DNA of 64,000 nucleotides from an uncultured Ectothiorhodospiraceae bacterium (GCA_913055565.1 CAJXKP010000010.1:3267-67266); one strand, 5' to 3'; counted from the first letter of the stretch, positions 36,845 through 45,695 are shown. The notes: generated by a model from the sequence alone, not told the origin. Program-made: numbers and translations.

Positions 36845-37297
36845 CTACGGCGCCGGGCGCTCTTTCAGCTGGTCGAGCTCTTGGCGCAGGCGCTCCGCCT
36901 GGCGCTCGGCCTCGACGCGGGCGGTGACGTCTTTCTGGATGCCGATGTAGTAGGTCAGTTGATCCGTGCTGTGGACCACCGGCGTGATCGACAGCTCGTT
37001 CCAGAAGAGCGTGCCATCCTTGCGGTAGTTGCGGAGGGTGACCCGGCAGGGGTGGTCATGACGCAGTGCCTCGCGGATCTGCTCGATCGCCTCCTGGTCG
37101 CGGTCGTCGCTCTGGAGGAAGCGGCAGTCCTGGTACAGAATCTCATCTCTATGATAGCCGGTAAGCTGCTCGAAGGCGTCGTTGACGTAGATCATGATGT
37201 GATCATCACCCTCGCGCTCGGCGACCACGATCCCATCATTGGAGGCATCGAGCAGATGCTGGATGAGTTCCGGATCGAGGTTATCGGGTTCGGCCAT
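36845..37297 (-). CDS. short LOV-domain blue-light photoreceptor (LOV core plus C-terminal helix)
   Basis: DGIVVAER...IMIYVNDAFEQLTGYHRDEILYQDCRFLQ...VTLRNYRKDGTLFWNELSITPV...YYIGIQKDVT. Adduct-forming Cys is present in DCRFLQ, and a coiled-coil-like tail follows. ATG 37297 is preceded by GGGGAGA. Confidence 0.88.
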   Translation of the reverse strand: MAEPDNLDPELIQHLLDASNDGIVVAEREGDDHIMIYVNDAFEQLTGYHRDEILYQDCRFLQSDDRDQEAIEQIREALRHDHPCRVTLRNYRKDGTLFWNELSITPVVHSTDQLTYYIGIQKDVTARVEAERQAERLRQELDQLKERPAP

Positions 37298-37417
37298 TAA
37301 TCGATCTCCCCTGTAGGCCGGGGGCTCCGTTGGTGTCCCTAGCGGCAGACTAGACAGGTGGGCGCTGCGACTCAACCCGAGCCGGCTAGGGTTATTGCCG
37401 TCACGAGGTCGTCGACC

Positions 37418-37942
37418 TCAGTCGGGGGTCGGGTTGCCGACGGGCTGCAGCGGGCCGCTTGCCGGCGCCTGGCGTTCCGCCTCAAGCGCCCAGCGAACGG
37501 TTGGGAACGCCAAATCATCCCACGGGATGTCGGCCCAATCGAACAGGGCCACGCTCAATGACTCGGGCCCGGCCTCGACGGCGGGATCCAGCAGGCGCGC
37601 TCGATACAGGACCTGGACCTGGTTGATGTGGGTAATGCTGAACACGGCCAGGATAGGGCCCAGCTCGAGCCGCGCTGTGGCCTCTTCCCAGGACTCCCGC
37701 AGGGCACCGGCGGCCGTGGTCTCGTGGAGTTCCAGGTAGCCGGCCGGGATGGTCCAATAGCCATAGGATGGCGGGATGGCGCGTCGGCAAAGCAGTATCT
37801 TGTCGCCGTAGCGCGGTACGGCGCCCACAACGACGCGCGGGTTCTCGTAGGCGATAAAGCCGCAATCGGGGCAGTGCAGGCGTTCGCGGTCGTCGCCCGG
37901 CGGCACGATGCGTTCACGGGGACCGTGATCGGATTGGCTCAA
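37418..37942 (-). CDS. NUDIX hydrolase with N-terminal zinc-ribbon
   Basis: CPDCGF...Nudix box GYLELHETTAAGALRESWEEATA. The start is uncertain: TTG 37942 after GAGG was chosen, because the longer track ORF (to 38302) runs antisense into the ABC ATPase gene. Confidence 0.75.
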   Translation of the reverse strand: MSQSDHGPRERIVPPGDDRERLHCPDCGFIAYENPRVVVGAVPRYGDKILLCRRAIPPSYGYWTIPAGYLELHETTAAGALRESWEEATARLELGPILAVFSITHINQVQVLYRARLLDPAVEAGPESLSVALFDWADIPWDDLAFPTVRWALEAERQAPASGPLQPVGNPTPD

Positions 37943-38054
37943 CGAAGACCTCGCGGCTGGCTGAATGGGTCCCTCAGCGCTACACAGCGTACCATCAAGC
38001 CGCCGTGCTAACCTCCACCCATTGCAGCGGCGATACCCCGCACCGGGGAGCGGC

Positions 38055-38708
38055 ATGAGCGATATCCAGTTCGACGGGCTGACGCGCCGATTTCGTGACC
38101 GAGCGGTTGTCCGTGAGGCGTCGGGGCATATCCAAAGCGGTGAGTTCGTCGTGGTGCTCGGGCGCAGTGGTTGTGGCAAGTCCACGCTGCTGAATCTGCT
38201 CGCCGGGCTGGACCGCCCCGATGGGGGGCGTGTCCGGTTCAGCGAGCACGCCTTTGAGGCCATGAGTGATCGGGCCTTAACGTTGTTGCGCCGGCGTCGC
38301 ATCGGCCTGATCTTTCAGGCCTATAATCTGGTGCCGACGCTGTCCGTGGCCGAGAACGTCGCGCTGCCGCTGGAGCTCAACGGCGTCACGGCGACGCAGC
38401 GGGTCGGCCAGTGGCTGACGCGCGTGGGATTGGAGGATTTCGGCGATGCCATGCCCGAGCAGCTCTCGGGCGGCGAGCAGCAGCGGGTCGCCGTGGCGCG
38501 GGCGCTGGTCCATGAGCCGGAGGTCATTATGGCCGACGAGCCCACGGGCAACCTGGATCTGGCCAATGCGGAGCGCGTGGTCGCCTTGCTTGATGATCTC
38601 TGCCGGGAGGCGGGTCGTACGCTGCTCATGGTCACGCACAGCCAGGAGGTCGTCGGCCTGGCCGACCGGCTCTTGACGATCCGGGACGGCCAATTGGTGC
38701 TGGCCTAG
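38055..38708 (+). CDS. ABC transporter ATP-binding protein (MacB/LolD/AttE-like)
   Basis: Walker A GRSGCGKSTLLN, signature LSGGEQQRVAVARAL, IMADEPTGNLD. ATG 38055 after GGGGAG. Confidence 0.9.
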   Translation: MSDIQFDGLTRRFRDRAVVREASGHIQSGEFVVVLGRSGCGKSTLLNLLAGLDRPDGGRVRFSEHAFEAMSDRALTLLRRRRIGLIFQAYNLVPTLSVAENVALPLELNGVTATQRVGQWLTRVGLEDFGDAMPEQLSGGEQQRVAVARALVHEPEVIMADEPTGNLDLANAERVVALLDDLCREAGRTLLMVTHSQEVVGLADRLLTIRDGQLVLA

Positions 38709-41194
38709 TGGCCCGGCTGGTGTTCACGGCGGGCCGGCGGGCGCTGTGGCGCCATCCCGTCCAGCTCGCGCTGGCACTCATCGGGATCGCCATCGGGGTG
38801 GCCGTGGTAGTGGCCGTTGATCTCGCCAATCACTCCGCGCGCCAGGCCATGGCGCAGGCCATCGATCGGGTGGCCGGGCAGGCGACCCACCAGGTCGTTG
38901 CCGGTCCGGGCGGGTTGCCCGAGTCGCTGTATCGCGAGCTGCGCGTCGAGGCCAGGATCGCCAGGACGGCCCCCGTGGTCGAGGGCGGGGCGACGCTGCC
39001 CGATTACGGTGGCCGGCCCCTGAGGCTGATGGGGCTGGATCCGTTCGCCGAGGCACCGTTTCGCGACTACCTGAGTCGCGGCGCTGGGGTGGGGGCTGAG
39101 TGGGGGCGTCTATTGGTCTCGCCGGACGCGCTCGTGCTGCCCGAGGCCACGGCCGAGGCCCTGGCCTTGAGCGTCGGCGATGAGCTGCGCCTGCGCACCC
39201 GCGCCGGCACGCGCGAGTTGACCCTGGCGCGGCTGATCCCTGACGGGCAGCGCGACCTATCGGGGCTTGCCTTTGGCGACATCGCGGCGGTCCAGGAGTG
39301 GCTGGGCCGCACCGGGAGCCTGACGCGCATCGACCTGATCCTCCCTGAGTCACGGGTCGAGGCCGTGCGGCAGCGCCTACCTAAAGGCGCGGCGCTGATC
39401 CCGGCGGCCAAGCGTGGCAGCGCCCTCGCCCAGATGAGCCAGGCCTTCCATATCAACCTCACGGCCCTATCGTTGTTGGCCCTGGTGGTCGGGCTGTTCC
39501 TGGTCTTCAATACCATGAGTTTTCTCGTGGTCCAGCGCCGCCGGATGCTCGGCGTACTCCGTACACTCGGGGTCACCCGAGTGGAGGTTTTCGCCCAGTT
39601 GCTGGCGGACGCGGTGCTGATCGGCGTGCTCGGCACGGCGCTTGGCCTGGGCCTGGGGGTGCTTCTGGGCGCCGGTGTTACCCAGCTCGTCCTCGCCACG
39701 GTCGATCAGCTCTATTTCGAGGCCATCGGGGGGCTGCGCCTGGATGGCCTCGCCCTGGCGAAGGGCGGCGCGCTGGGGCTTGTGGGGACTTTGTTGGCGG
39801 CCTGTCCCGCGGCGTGGGAGGCGGCTGGGGTGTCACCCCGCGACAGCTTGAGCCGCCACGACCTCGAGCGTCGGGCCCGGCGCATGGCGCGCGGGCTCGT
39901 CGTCGTCGCCGCGCTATTGGCCGCGGTAGCTGCGCTGGTGCTGGGATTGCTAGATGGGTTAGTCGCGGGCTTTGCGGGGATCTTCGCCCTGATGCTGGCC
40001 GTTGCCGCGCTGGTCCCGATGGCGGTGGTCCTGATCGGGACCGGGCTGGGGCGCTTGCCCGGCGTGCCGCTGGCGGGGCGGTTGTGCCTCCGAGGAGCGG
40101 TCGGGGCGGTTAGTCGCACGGGGATCGCCGTGGCCGCGCTGACGGTGGCGGTGGCCGCGGTTATCGGGATGTCGGTCATGATCGCCAGCTTCCGGGGGAG
40201 TGTTGCCGACTGGCTGGAGCGGACCCTGCGCGCGGACTACTACGTCAGCGCACCGGCGCCCATGCCAGCGGCGCTGGCCGCCCACCTGGCCGCGGTCGAT
40301 GGGGTCGATCACGTGACGCGCTCGCGCTATGCCCGCATGCCGTCGGCGGATGGCCTCACGCGCGTGCGCGGGATCGATATGCCACGCTCGGCCTGGGCGC
40401 GCTTTGATTTCGTCGCCGGGGATGCCGACCGGGCCTGGCAGCGGTTCCGCGCCGGTGAAGGCGTCCTCGTTAGCGAGCCCTATGCCCGGCGGCACGATGT
40501 CTGGCCCGGCGATACGCTAGAGTTGCCGGTTACGGGGGCGACGGCGCGGACCGTGCTCGGGGTCTTCCGTGATTACGCCTCCGTTCAGGGCGTGGTCGTC
40601 ATGCCCCTGGGCGCCTATCGCGGCCTTTTCGATGATAAGCGGCTGAGCGGCATCGGCATTGAGGTCGCTGAAGGGGCTGATACCGAGGCCATTCGTTCCC
40701 GGTTGCAAGCGGCCCTCGACGGGGTCGGGGGCGCCCGGCTGCGGGATAATGACAGCATCCGTGAGCGCTCCCTCGCAGTGTTCGATCAGACCTTCCGCGT
40801 GACCTCGGTGCTGCGGCTGTTGGCCGCGCTGGTGGCCGTGGTCGGGATCGTCGGGGCGCTCATGGCACTGCAGTTCGATCGCGCCCGGGAGTACGCCACC
40901 TACCGGGCCCTAGGGTTAACACGGGGGCAGCTGGGCGCGATGACCCTCGGCGAGAGCGGCTTCCTGGGCACGCTGGCGGGACTGTGTGCGGTACCGCTGG
41001 GGCTGCTGCTGGCAGCCCTGTTGGTATTCGTGATCAATCGCCGGGCCTTTGGCTGGACCATGGATTTCCAGGTGCCGCCGCTGGCGCTCATTGAGGGGGT
41101 GGGCCTAGCCGTCGGGGCGGCCCTCGTGGCCGCGCTCTACCCGGCATGGGTGATCGCCCGGCGCTCCCCGGCCGCGGGCTTGAAGGAGGACTAG
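38708..41194 (+). CDS. ABC transporter permease with two FtsX-like domains (YbbP/AttFG-like)
   Basis: 828 aa with two 4-TM FtsX-type modules separated by large periplasmic regions. The GTG start overlaps the ATPase stop (TAGTG). Confidence 0.85.
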   Translation: MARLVFTAGRRALWRHPVQLALALIGIAIGVAVVVAVDLANHSARQAMAQAIDRVAGQATHQVVAGPGGLPESLYRELRVEARIARTAPVVEGGATLPDYGGRPLRLMGLDPFAEAPFRDYLSRGAGVGAEWGRLLVSPDALVLPEATAEALALSVGDELRLRTRAGTRELTLARLIPDGQRDLSGLAFGDIAAVQEWLGRTGSLTRIDLILPESRVEAVRQRLPKGAALIPAAKRGSALAQMSQAFHINLTALSLLALVVGLFLVFNTMSFLVVQRRRMLGVLRTLGVTRVEVFAQLLADAVLIGVLGTALGLGLGVLLGAGVTQLVLATVDQLYFEAIGGLRLDGLALAKGGALGLVGTLLAACPAAWEAAGVSPRDSLSRHDLERRARRMARGLVVVAALLAAVAALVLGLLDGLVAGFAGIFALMLAVAALVPMAVVLIGTGLGRLPGVPLAGRLCLRGAVGAVSRTGIAVAALTVAVAAVIGMSVMIASFRGSVADWLERTLRADYYVSAPAPMPAALAAHLAAVDGVDHVTRSRYARMPSADGLTRVRGIDMPRSAWARFDFVAGDADRAWQRFRAGEGVLVSEPYARRHDVWPGDTLELPVTGATARTVLGVFRDYASVQGVVVMPLGAYRGLFDDKRLSGIGIEVAEGADTEAIRSRLQAALDGVGGARLRDNDSIRERSLAVFDQTFRVTSVLRLLAALVAVVGIVGALMALQFDRAREYATYRALGLTRGQLGAMTLGESGFLGTLAGLCAVPLGLLLAALLVFVINRRAFGWTMDFQVPPLALIEGVGLAVGAALVAALYPAWVIARRSPAAGLKED

Positions 41195-41197
41195 GCC

Positions 41198-42352
41198 ATG
41201 CGTCGCGATCCCGTCCCATGGGCCGTTATCGGCATCGTCATCGTGGGTCTGCTTGCCGCCCCCTGGGGCCAGCGCGGCGAGGTCACCTCGCAGACCGGAG
41301 AGCAGCTCCGCGACGTCCTGGGCGAGGGCGCCGCCGCCGATGGCTTCGCGCGCGTCACGGGCCCTCGGGCATTTGAGTTCCCGGCGGATCACGGGGCACA
41401 CCCCGCCTACCGCAGCGAGTGGTGGTACGTCACCGGTAATCTGCGCGACCAGCGCGGTCGGGCCTATGGCTTCCAGCTGACCCTGTTCCGCTTCGCTTTG
41501 GCCCCCGAGATGCCCGCCCGGACCTCCGAGTGGGCGACGCGCCAGGCCTGGATGGGGCATTTCGCCGTGACAGACGTCGCGAGCGGACGACACATCGCTA
41601 GTGAGCGCTTCCAGCGTGGCGCCCTGGGCCTGGCGGGTGTGGCGATCGATCCCTTCCGGGCGTGGCTGGATGACTGGTCGATGCGCTCGGTGGCCGCGGA
41701 CGGCGCAGGGCCTTTCCCGATGGTCTTAACGGCGGGTACGGATGACGTCGCGCTGGATCTCCGGCTGGTGTCTCAGAAGCCGCGCGTGCTGCAGGGTGAC
41801 GCGGGCTTTAGCCGCAAGAGCGAGCAGCCGGGCAATGCCTCCTATTACTACTCCTATACGCGCTTGAGGGCCTCGGGGCGGCTGCGTCTGGATGGGCAAT
41901 GGCGGCCGGCGGCGGGGCGTGCGTGGCTGGATCGCGAGTGGAGTACCAGTGCCTTGGCAGCGGATCAAACGGGCTGGGATTGGTTCGCGCTGCAGCTCGA
42001 CGACGGCCGGGACGTCATGCTCTATCGCCTGCGCCGCCGCGATAACGGTACGGACCCGGCGTCCTATGCCGTGGTTGTGGATCGCCAAGGCAAGGCGCAC
42101 AAGATGGGGCCCGAGGGTTTTGATCTGGAGGCCAAGGGGTTCTGGAGCGATCCCGAGTACGGGGCCCGCTACCCGATTGCCTGGCGCTTGCGCCTCCCCG
42201 AGCATGGCATCGACGCGCGCGTGGAGGCCCGGGTTGCGGACCAGCTCGTTGACCTGGGGTTTCGCTACTGGGAGGGCAGTGTTCGCGTTGAGCCGGCGGG
42301 CGCTGAAACCGGCGTCAGCGGTATGGGGTACCTCGAGATGACGGGGTACTGA
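41198..42352 (+). CDS. AttH/CrtC-like lipocalin-fold protein (hydroxyneurosporene synthase family)
   Basis: FEFPADHGAHPAYRSEWWYVTGNL...GFQLTLFR...ASYYYSYTRL...LDREWST is typical of the AttH/CrtC family. AGGAGG RBS. Confidence 0.8.
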   Translation: MRRDPVPWAVIGIVIVGLLAAPWGQRGEVTSQTGEQLRDVLGEGAAADGFARVTGPRAFEFPADHGAHPAYRSEWWYVTGNLRDQRGRAYGFQLTLFRFALAPEMPARTSEWATRQAWMGHFAVTDVASGRHIASERFQRGALGLAGVAIDPFRAWLDDWSMRSVAADGAGPFPMVLTAGTDDVALDLRLVSQKPRVLQGDAGFSRKSEQPGNASYYYSYTRLRASGRLRLDGQWRPAAGRAWLDREWSTSALAADQTGWDWFALQLDDGRDVMLYRLRRRDNGTDPASYAVVVDRQGKAHKMGPEGFDLEAKGFWSDPEYGARYPIAWRLRLPEHGIDARVEARVADQLVDLGFRYWEGSVRVEPAGAETGVSGMGYLEMTGY

Positions 42353-42420
42353 TTGGGCGTTTGTGGTGGCCTGGCCGGCACGGCCCCATCAACCGCAGGC
42401 GGGCGATGGAGCCGTACGGT

Positions 42421-43131
42421 TCAGTCGCGCCGAGTCTGGGTGTCGAGGCCCGGCGTGACCGCGTTGGCGTCGCTGTGGCGCTGCTGGAGGGCGGCGGTCA
42501 GCTCGGGCAGCGTTTGGCGGCGAAGACGCCCCTGTATCTCCGCGCGCCAGATGCCCAGGAGGCTAAAGCCCGCGTACTCCGCGTCGAAGAGCAGCCAGTG
42601 CCCATCGCGGGCATGGAGATGGATGCGCACCGTCTGTTCGCCGCCGCCTTCGGTTCGGAATAGGGTTCGCACGAGCGCCGTCTGCCCGTCTTGGCGCACG
42701 GTCTCAGTGCGCCAGCTTAGACCTTTGAGGGCCTCAGCGACGCGCTCGGCGAAGCGGTGGAGGAGCAGGCCGTAGGTCGCCACGGTGTGGTCATGGAATG
42801 CCGAGTGGAAGGCCTCGCGCTGAACCGGTTTTGCTTGTGGCCACTGTTGGGCGAGGACGTAGCGCGCTGTCGCCCGGGTGTCCGCGCGCGGTATGAGGGT
42901 TCGACGGATGAGCTGCCTAGCGGCCTCCGGACTGGCTTTGATGGCCGCCGTATCAGCAAGGATGGCGTCGCGTACCCCCGCCAGCGTTGAGTCGACGGCG
43001 CGCGCCGGCTCAACGCGGGCGGCGGCGGGCGCGCTTACAACGCAACAGGCCAGGCCGGCGAGCATCGCCAGCCAGCGGGGGGCGCGGCGGCCACGCCGAG
43101 AGCCGGCCGCGGTGCTGGGGTCTTGATTCAT
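42421..43131 (-). CDS. MlaC/Ttg2D-family phospholipid-binding periplasmic protein
   Basis: Signal segment, then ...ARQLIRRTLIPRADTRATARYVLAQQWPQAKPVQREAFHSAFHDHTVATYGLLL..., typical of the Tgt2/MlaC family. AGGAGG RBS. Confidence 0.7.
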   Translation of the reverse strand: MNQDPSTAAGSRRGRRAPRWLAMLAGLACCVVSAPAAARVEPARAVDSTLAGVRDAILADTAAIKASPEAARQLIRRTLIPRADTRATARYVLAQQWPQAKPVQREAFHSAFHDHTVATYGLLLHRFAERVAEALKGLSWRTETVRQDGQTALVRTLFRTEGGGEQTVRIHLHARDGHWLLFDAEYAGFSLLGIWRAEIQGRLRRQTLPELTAALQQRHSDANAVTPGLDTQTRRD

Positions 43132-43164
43132 AGAAGCCTCCTTGGCGACGGCCTAGGGAGGCCC

Positions 43165-43893
43165 TCAGGCGGATTCGGCCCAAAGATGGCGCAGATAGTC
43201 GAGGCGCTGGCGGGAGATATTAATGCGTTGGGCCAGGCCAGGGTCGGGCTCGTCGAGGGCGTTGAGTAGATCGGCGTAGAAGAATACGCCAAAGCTATCT
43301 ATATAGCGCAGATGGCGGTTGCTGTCGAGCACCAGGTTCTCCGTGCCGTAGAGATCGATGACCCGATCCTCGCGGTCCCAGGCGTCCGCCTGCTCGATGA
43401 ATAACTCAAGGTCGTCGCGGGCGCGGCGCAAGCGCTGGAATAGCGGTACGGCCTCATCCTCGTTGCTGGGGTTGGCGACGTCGAACCAGCGATTGATGGC
43501 GTCCGCGAGGGCGACCACGCTGTAGCTACCGTTAATACGCGTGGCGATGTAGATCGTGTCCGGTACCAGATCGCCCAGGGCGCCCCGGAGCCGCTGGTAT
43601 TCGCGGCCGATAACGCGTGTCTCGGGCCAGGTGCAGCCGCTGCGACGGGTCTTGATCACGATGTCCATGTGGCGGCGTTCGTCAGAGCGGATGATGGTGC
43701 CGGCGGCGCGCCAGACCTCGCAGTGATAGCCCGATGTCGAGATCAAGGTGGCGGGAATACGGTCCGTACGTAGGCAATCGATGCGATCATCGATGCTGTC
43801 GTTCTCGCGTGCCATCCGGGATGTCCTGTCTACACGGGCCATGACCCGTGATTCTAGGATGGCGCTGAGCGACGGCAAAGCCGTATGGTTCAA
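43165..43893 (-). CDS. hypothetical protein with kinase-like catalytic-loop motif
   Basis: Single long ORF with a coding-like composition. VIDLYGTENLVLDSNRHLRYIDSFG resembles the xDxxxxN...D(F/S)G arrangement of protein-kinase-like/APH phosphotransferases. The start is uncertain: TTG 43893, ATG 43842 or ATG 43815. Confidence 0.5.
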   Translation of the reverse strand: MNHTALPSLSAILESRVMARVDRTSRMARENDSIDDRIDCLRTDRIPATLISTSGYHCEVWRAAGTIIRSDERRHMDIVIKTRRSGCTWPETRVIGREYQRLRGALGDLVPDTIYIATRINGSYSVVALADAINRWFDVANPSNEDEAVPLFQRLRRARDDLELFIEQADAWDREDRVIDLYGTENLVLDSNRHLRYIDSFGVFFYADLLNALDEPDPGLAQRINISRQRLDYLRHLWAESA

Positions 43894-43895
43894 CC

Positions 43896-44062
43896 GCAGA
43901 AATCCTAACTATGCGATCCCCACGAGGGCGTATGATCGCATTACCTCCTGCCGAGGGACGCCCTCAACCTTCCCTGGAGGCTCGACGGCGACCTTGCCCG
44001 GCCGCAGAGGCCCGCGGCAGGAGGTAACGCCCCCACCTTGAAGGCAAAAATGAGAATTGCGG
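43896..44062 (+). repeat. long-hairpin intergenic repeat family, copy B
   Basis: Aligns to copies A and C. Arms TTACCTCCTGCCG / CGGCAGGAGGTAA carry a paired change relative to A/C (CCCCCTG/CAGGGG becomes CCTCCTG/CAGGAGG). Confidence 0.85.
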
Positions 44063-44084
44063 GGTCAACCGGGTGATACGGCAT

Positions 44085-44110
44085 AAAAAGCCCCGCTGAA
44101 GCGGGGCTTT
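44085..44110 (-). terminator. intrinsic terminator (second of a tandem pair downstream of ahcY)
   Basis: Minus strand AAAGCCCCGC-TTCA-GCGGGGCTTTTT. Confidence 0.7.
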
Positions 44111-44201
44111 GGTTAATTAAGCTGAGCGGGTCGCTTAGAGGCGTAGGCTGGGTTGAGCCACAGCGAAACCCAGCATCACTGGTCTTGTAGCAGCCACCCA
44201 T

Positions 44202-44228
44202 AAAAAAGCCCCGCCGGAGCGGGGCTTT
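44202..44228 (-). terminator. intrinsic terminator of ahcY
   Basis: Minus strand AAAGCCCCGC-TCCG-GCGGGGCTTTTTT, starting 27 nt after the ahcY stop. Confidence 0.8.
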
Positions 44229-44254
44229 CGGGCTAGCTAGCCAGAACGGGTCGC

Positions 44255-45676
44255 TTAGTAGCGATAGTGCTCCGGCTTGTACGGCCCCTCGACCGGCACA
44301 CCGATGTAATCGGCCTGCTCCTTGGTCATCGGGGTCAGCTCCACACCGATCTTCTCGAGATGGAGGGCAGCGACCTCCTCGTCGAGCTTCTTCGGCAGGA
44401 TATAGACGGACTTGCCGTACTTGCCGTCGTCGTTGTTCTTGAACAGCTCGATCTGCGCCAAAGTCTGGTTGGTGAAGCTGTTGGACATCACGAACGACGG
44501 ATGACCCGTGCCGCAGCCGAGGTTAACGAGACGGCCCTGGGCGAGCAGGGTGATCTTCTTGCCGTCGGGGAACTTGATCTGGTCCACCTGGGGCTTGATC
44601 TCGTCCCACTCGTACTGGTTGAGGCCGGCAACGTCGATCTCGTTGTCGAAGTGACCGATGTTGCAGACGATGGCCTCATGCTTCATGGCCTTCATGTGAT
44701 CATGGGTAATGACGTTGTAGTTACCCGTGGCTGTGACGAAGATGTCGGCCTTGTCCGCGGCGTAGTCCATGGTGACCACGCGGAAGCCTTCCATCGCCGC
44801 CTGCAGGGCACAGATCGGATCCACCTCGGTGACCCACACCATGCAGCCAAGGCCGCGCAGGCTCTGGGCCGAGCCCTTGCCGACGTCGCCATAGCCCGCG
44901 ACCACGGCGGTCTTGCCCGCGATCATGACGTCCGTGGCGCGCTTAATGCCGTCCACGAGCGACTCGCGGCAACCGTAGAGGTTGTCGAACTTGGACTTGG
45001 TCACGGAGTCATTGACGTTGATCGCCGGGAACGGCAGCTCGCCATTCTTGGCCAGCGCCTCGAGGCCCTTAACGCCCGTCGTGGTCTCCTCGGTGACACC
45101 CTTAATGCTGTTGAGGAGCTGCTTGTAGTAGCCCTTGGGCTTCTCGGCGAGGCGCTTCTTAATGGAAGCGAACAGCGCCTTCTCCTCTTCGGGGCCCGGG
45201 TTGTCGAGGATGGACGGGTCGTCCTCGGCCTTGGCGCCGACTGTCATCACGGTGGTGGCGTCGCCGCCGTCATCAAGGATCATGTTCGGCATACCGCCGT
45301 CGTGCCACTCCATGATGGCGTGCTGGAACTCCCAGTACTCCTCCAGGCTCTCGCCCTTATAGGCGTAGACCGGGGTGCCCGTCTTCGCGATGGCGGCCGC
45401 CGCGTGGTCCTGGGTGGAGTAGATGTTGCAGGAGGCCCAGCGGACCTCGGCGCCCAGCTCCTGGAGCGTCTCGATGAGAACCGCCGTCTGAATGGTCATA
45501 TGCAGCGAGCCGGCGATGCGCGCACCCTTGAGCGGCTTCTCGGAGCCGTAGCGCTTACGCGTCGCCATGAGACCCGGCATCTCATTCTCGGCGATGTTCA
45601 TCTCCTTGCGACCCCACTCCGCGAGTGAGATGTCGGCAACATGATAGTCCTGCTTGGAATCTACAACCGCGTTCAT
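44255..45676 (-). CDS. ahcY: adenosylhomocysteinase
   Basis: [27 protein letters not shown]...[17 protein letters not shown]...[10 protein letters not shown]...EHYRY. Confidence 0.96.
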   Translation of the reverse strand: MNAVVDSKQDYHVADISLAEWGRKEMNIAENEMPGLMATRKRYGSEKPLKGARIAGSLHMTIQTAVLIETLQELGAEVRWASCNIYSTQDHAAAAIAKTGTPVYAYKGESLEEYWEFQHAIMEWHDGGMPNMILDDGGDATTVMTVGAKAEDDPSILDNPGPEEEKALFASIKKRLAEKPKGYYKQLLNSIKGVTEETTTGVKGLEALAKNGELPFPAINVNDSVTKSKFDNLYGCRESLVDGIKRATDVMIAGKTAVVAGYGDVGKGSAQSLRGLGCMVWVTEVDPICALQAAMEGFRVVTMDYAADKADIFVTATGNYNVITHDHMKAMKHEAIVCNIGHFDNEIDVAGLNQYEWDEIKPQVDQIKFPDGKKITLLAQGRLVNLGCGTGHPSFVMSNSFTNQTLAQIELFKNNDDGKYGKSVYILPKKLDEEVAALHLEKIGVELTPMTKEQADYIGVPVEGPYKPEHYRY

Positions 45677-45695
45677 AACTTACTCCTGACTTACG

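Noticed and set aside
37943-38302. Upstream extension of the NUDIX ORF (294-aa version)
   Set aside because: The extension is antisense to the ABC ATPase gene (38055..38708) and has an Arg/Ser/Pro-rich composition. The NUDIX homology begins near the CPDCGF zinc ribbon.
44267-45628. 453-aa ORF on the plus strand
   Set aside because: It is exactly antisense to ahcY, whose translation is an unmistakable adenosylhomocysteinase. The plus-strand product is low-complexity, rich in L, G, V, D, R and H, and typical of a high-GC shadow frame.
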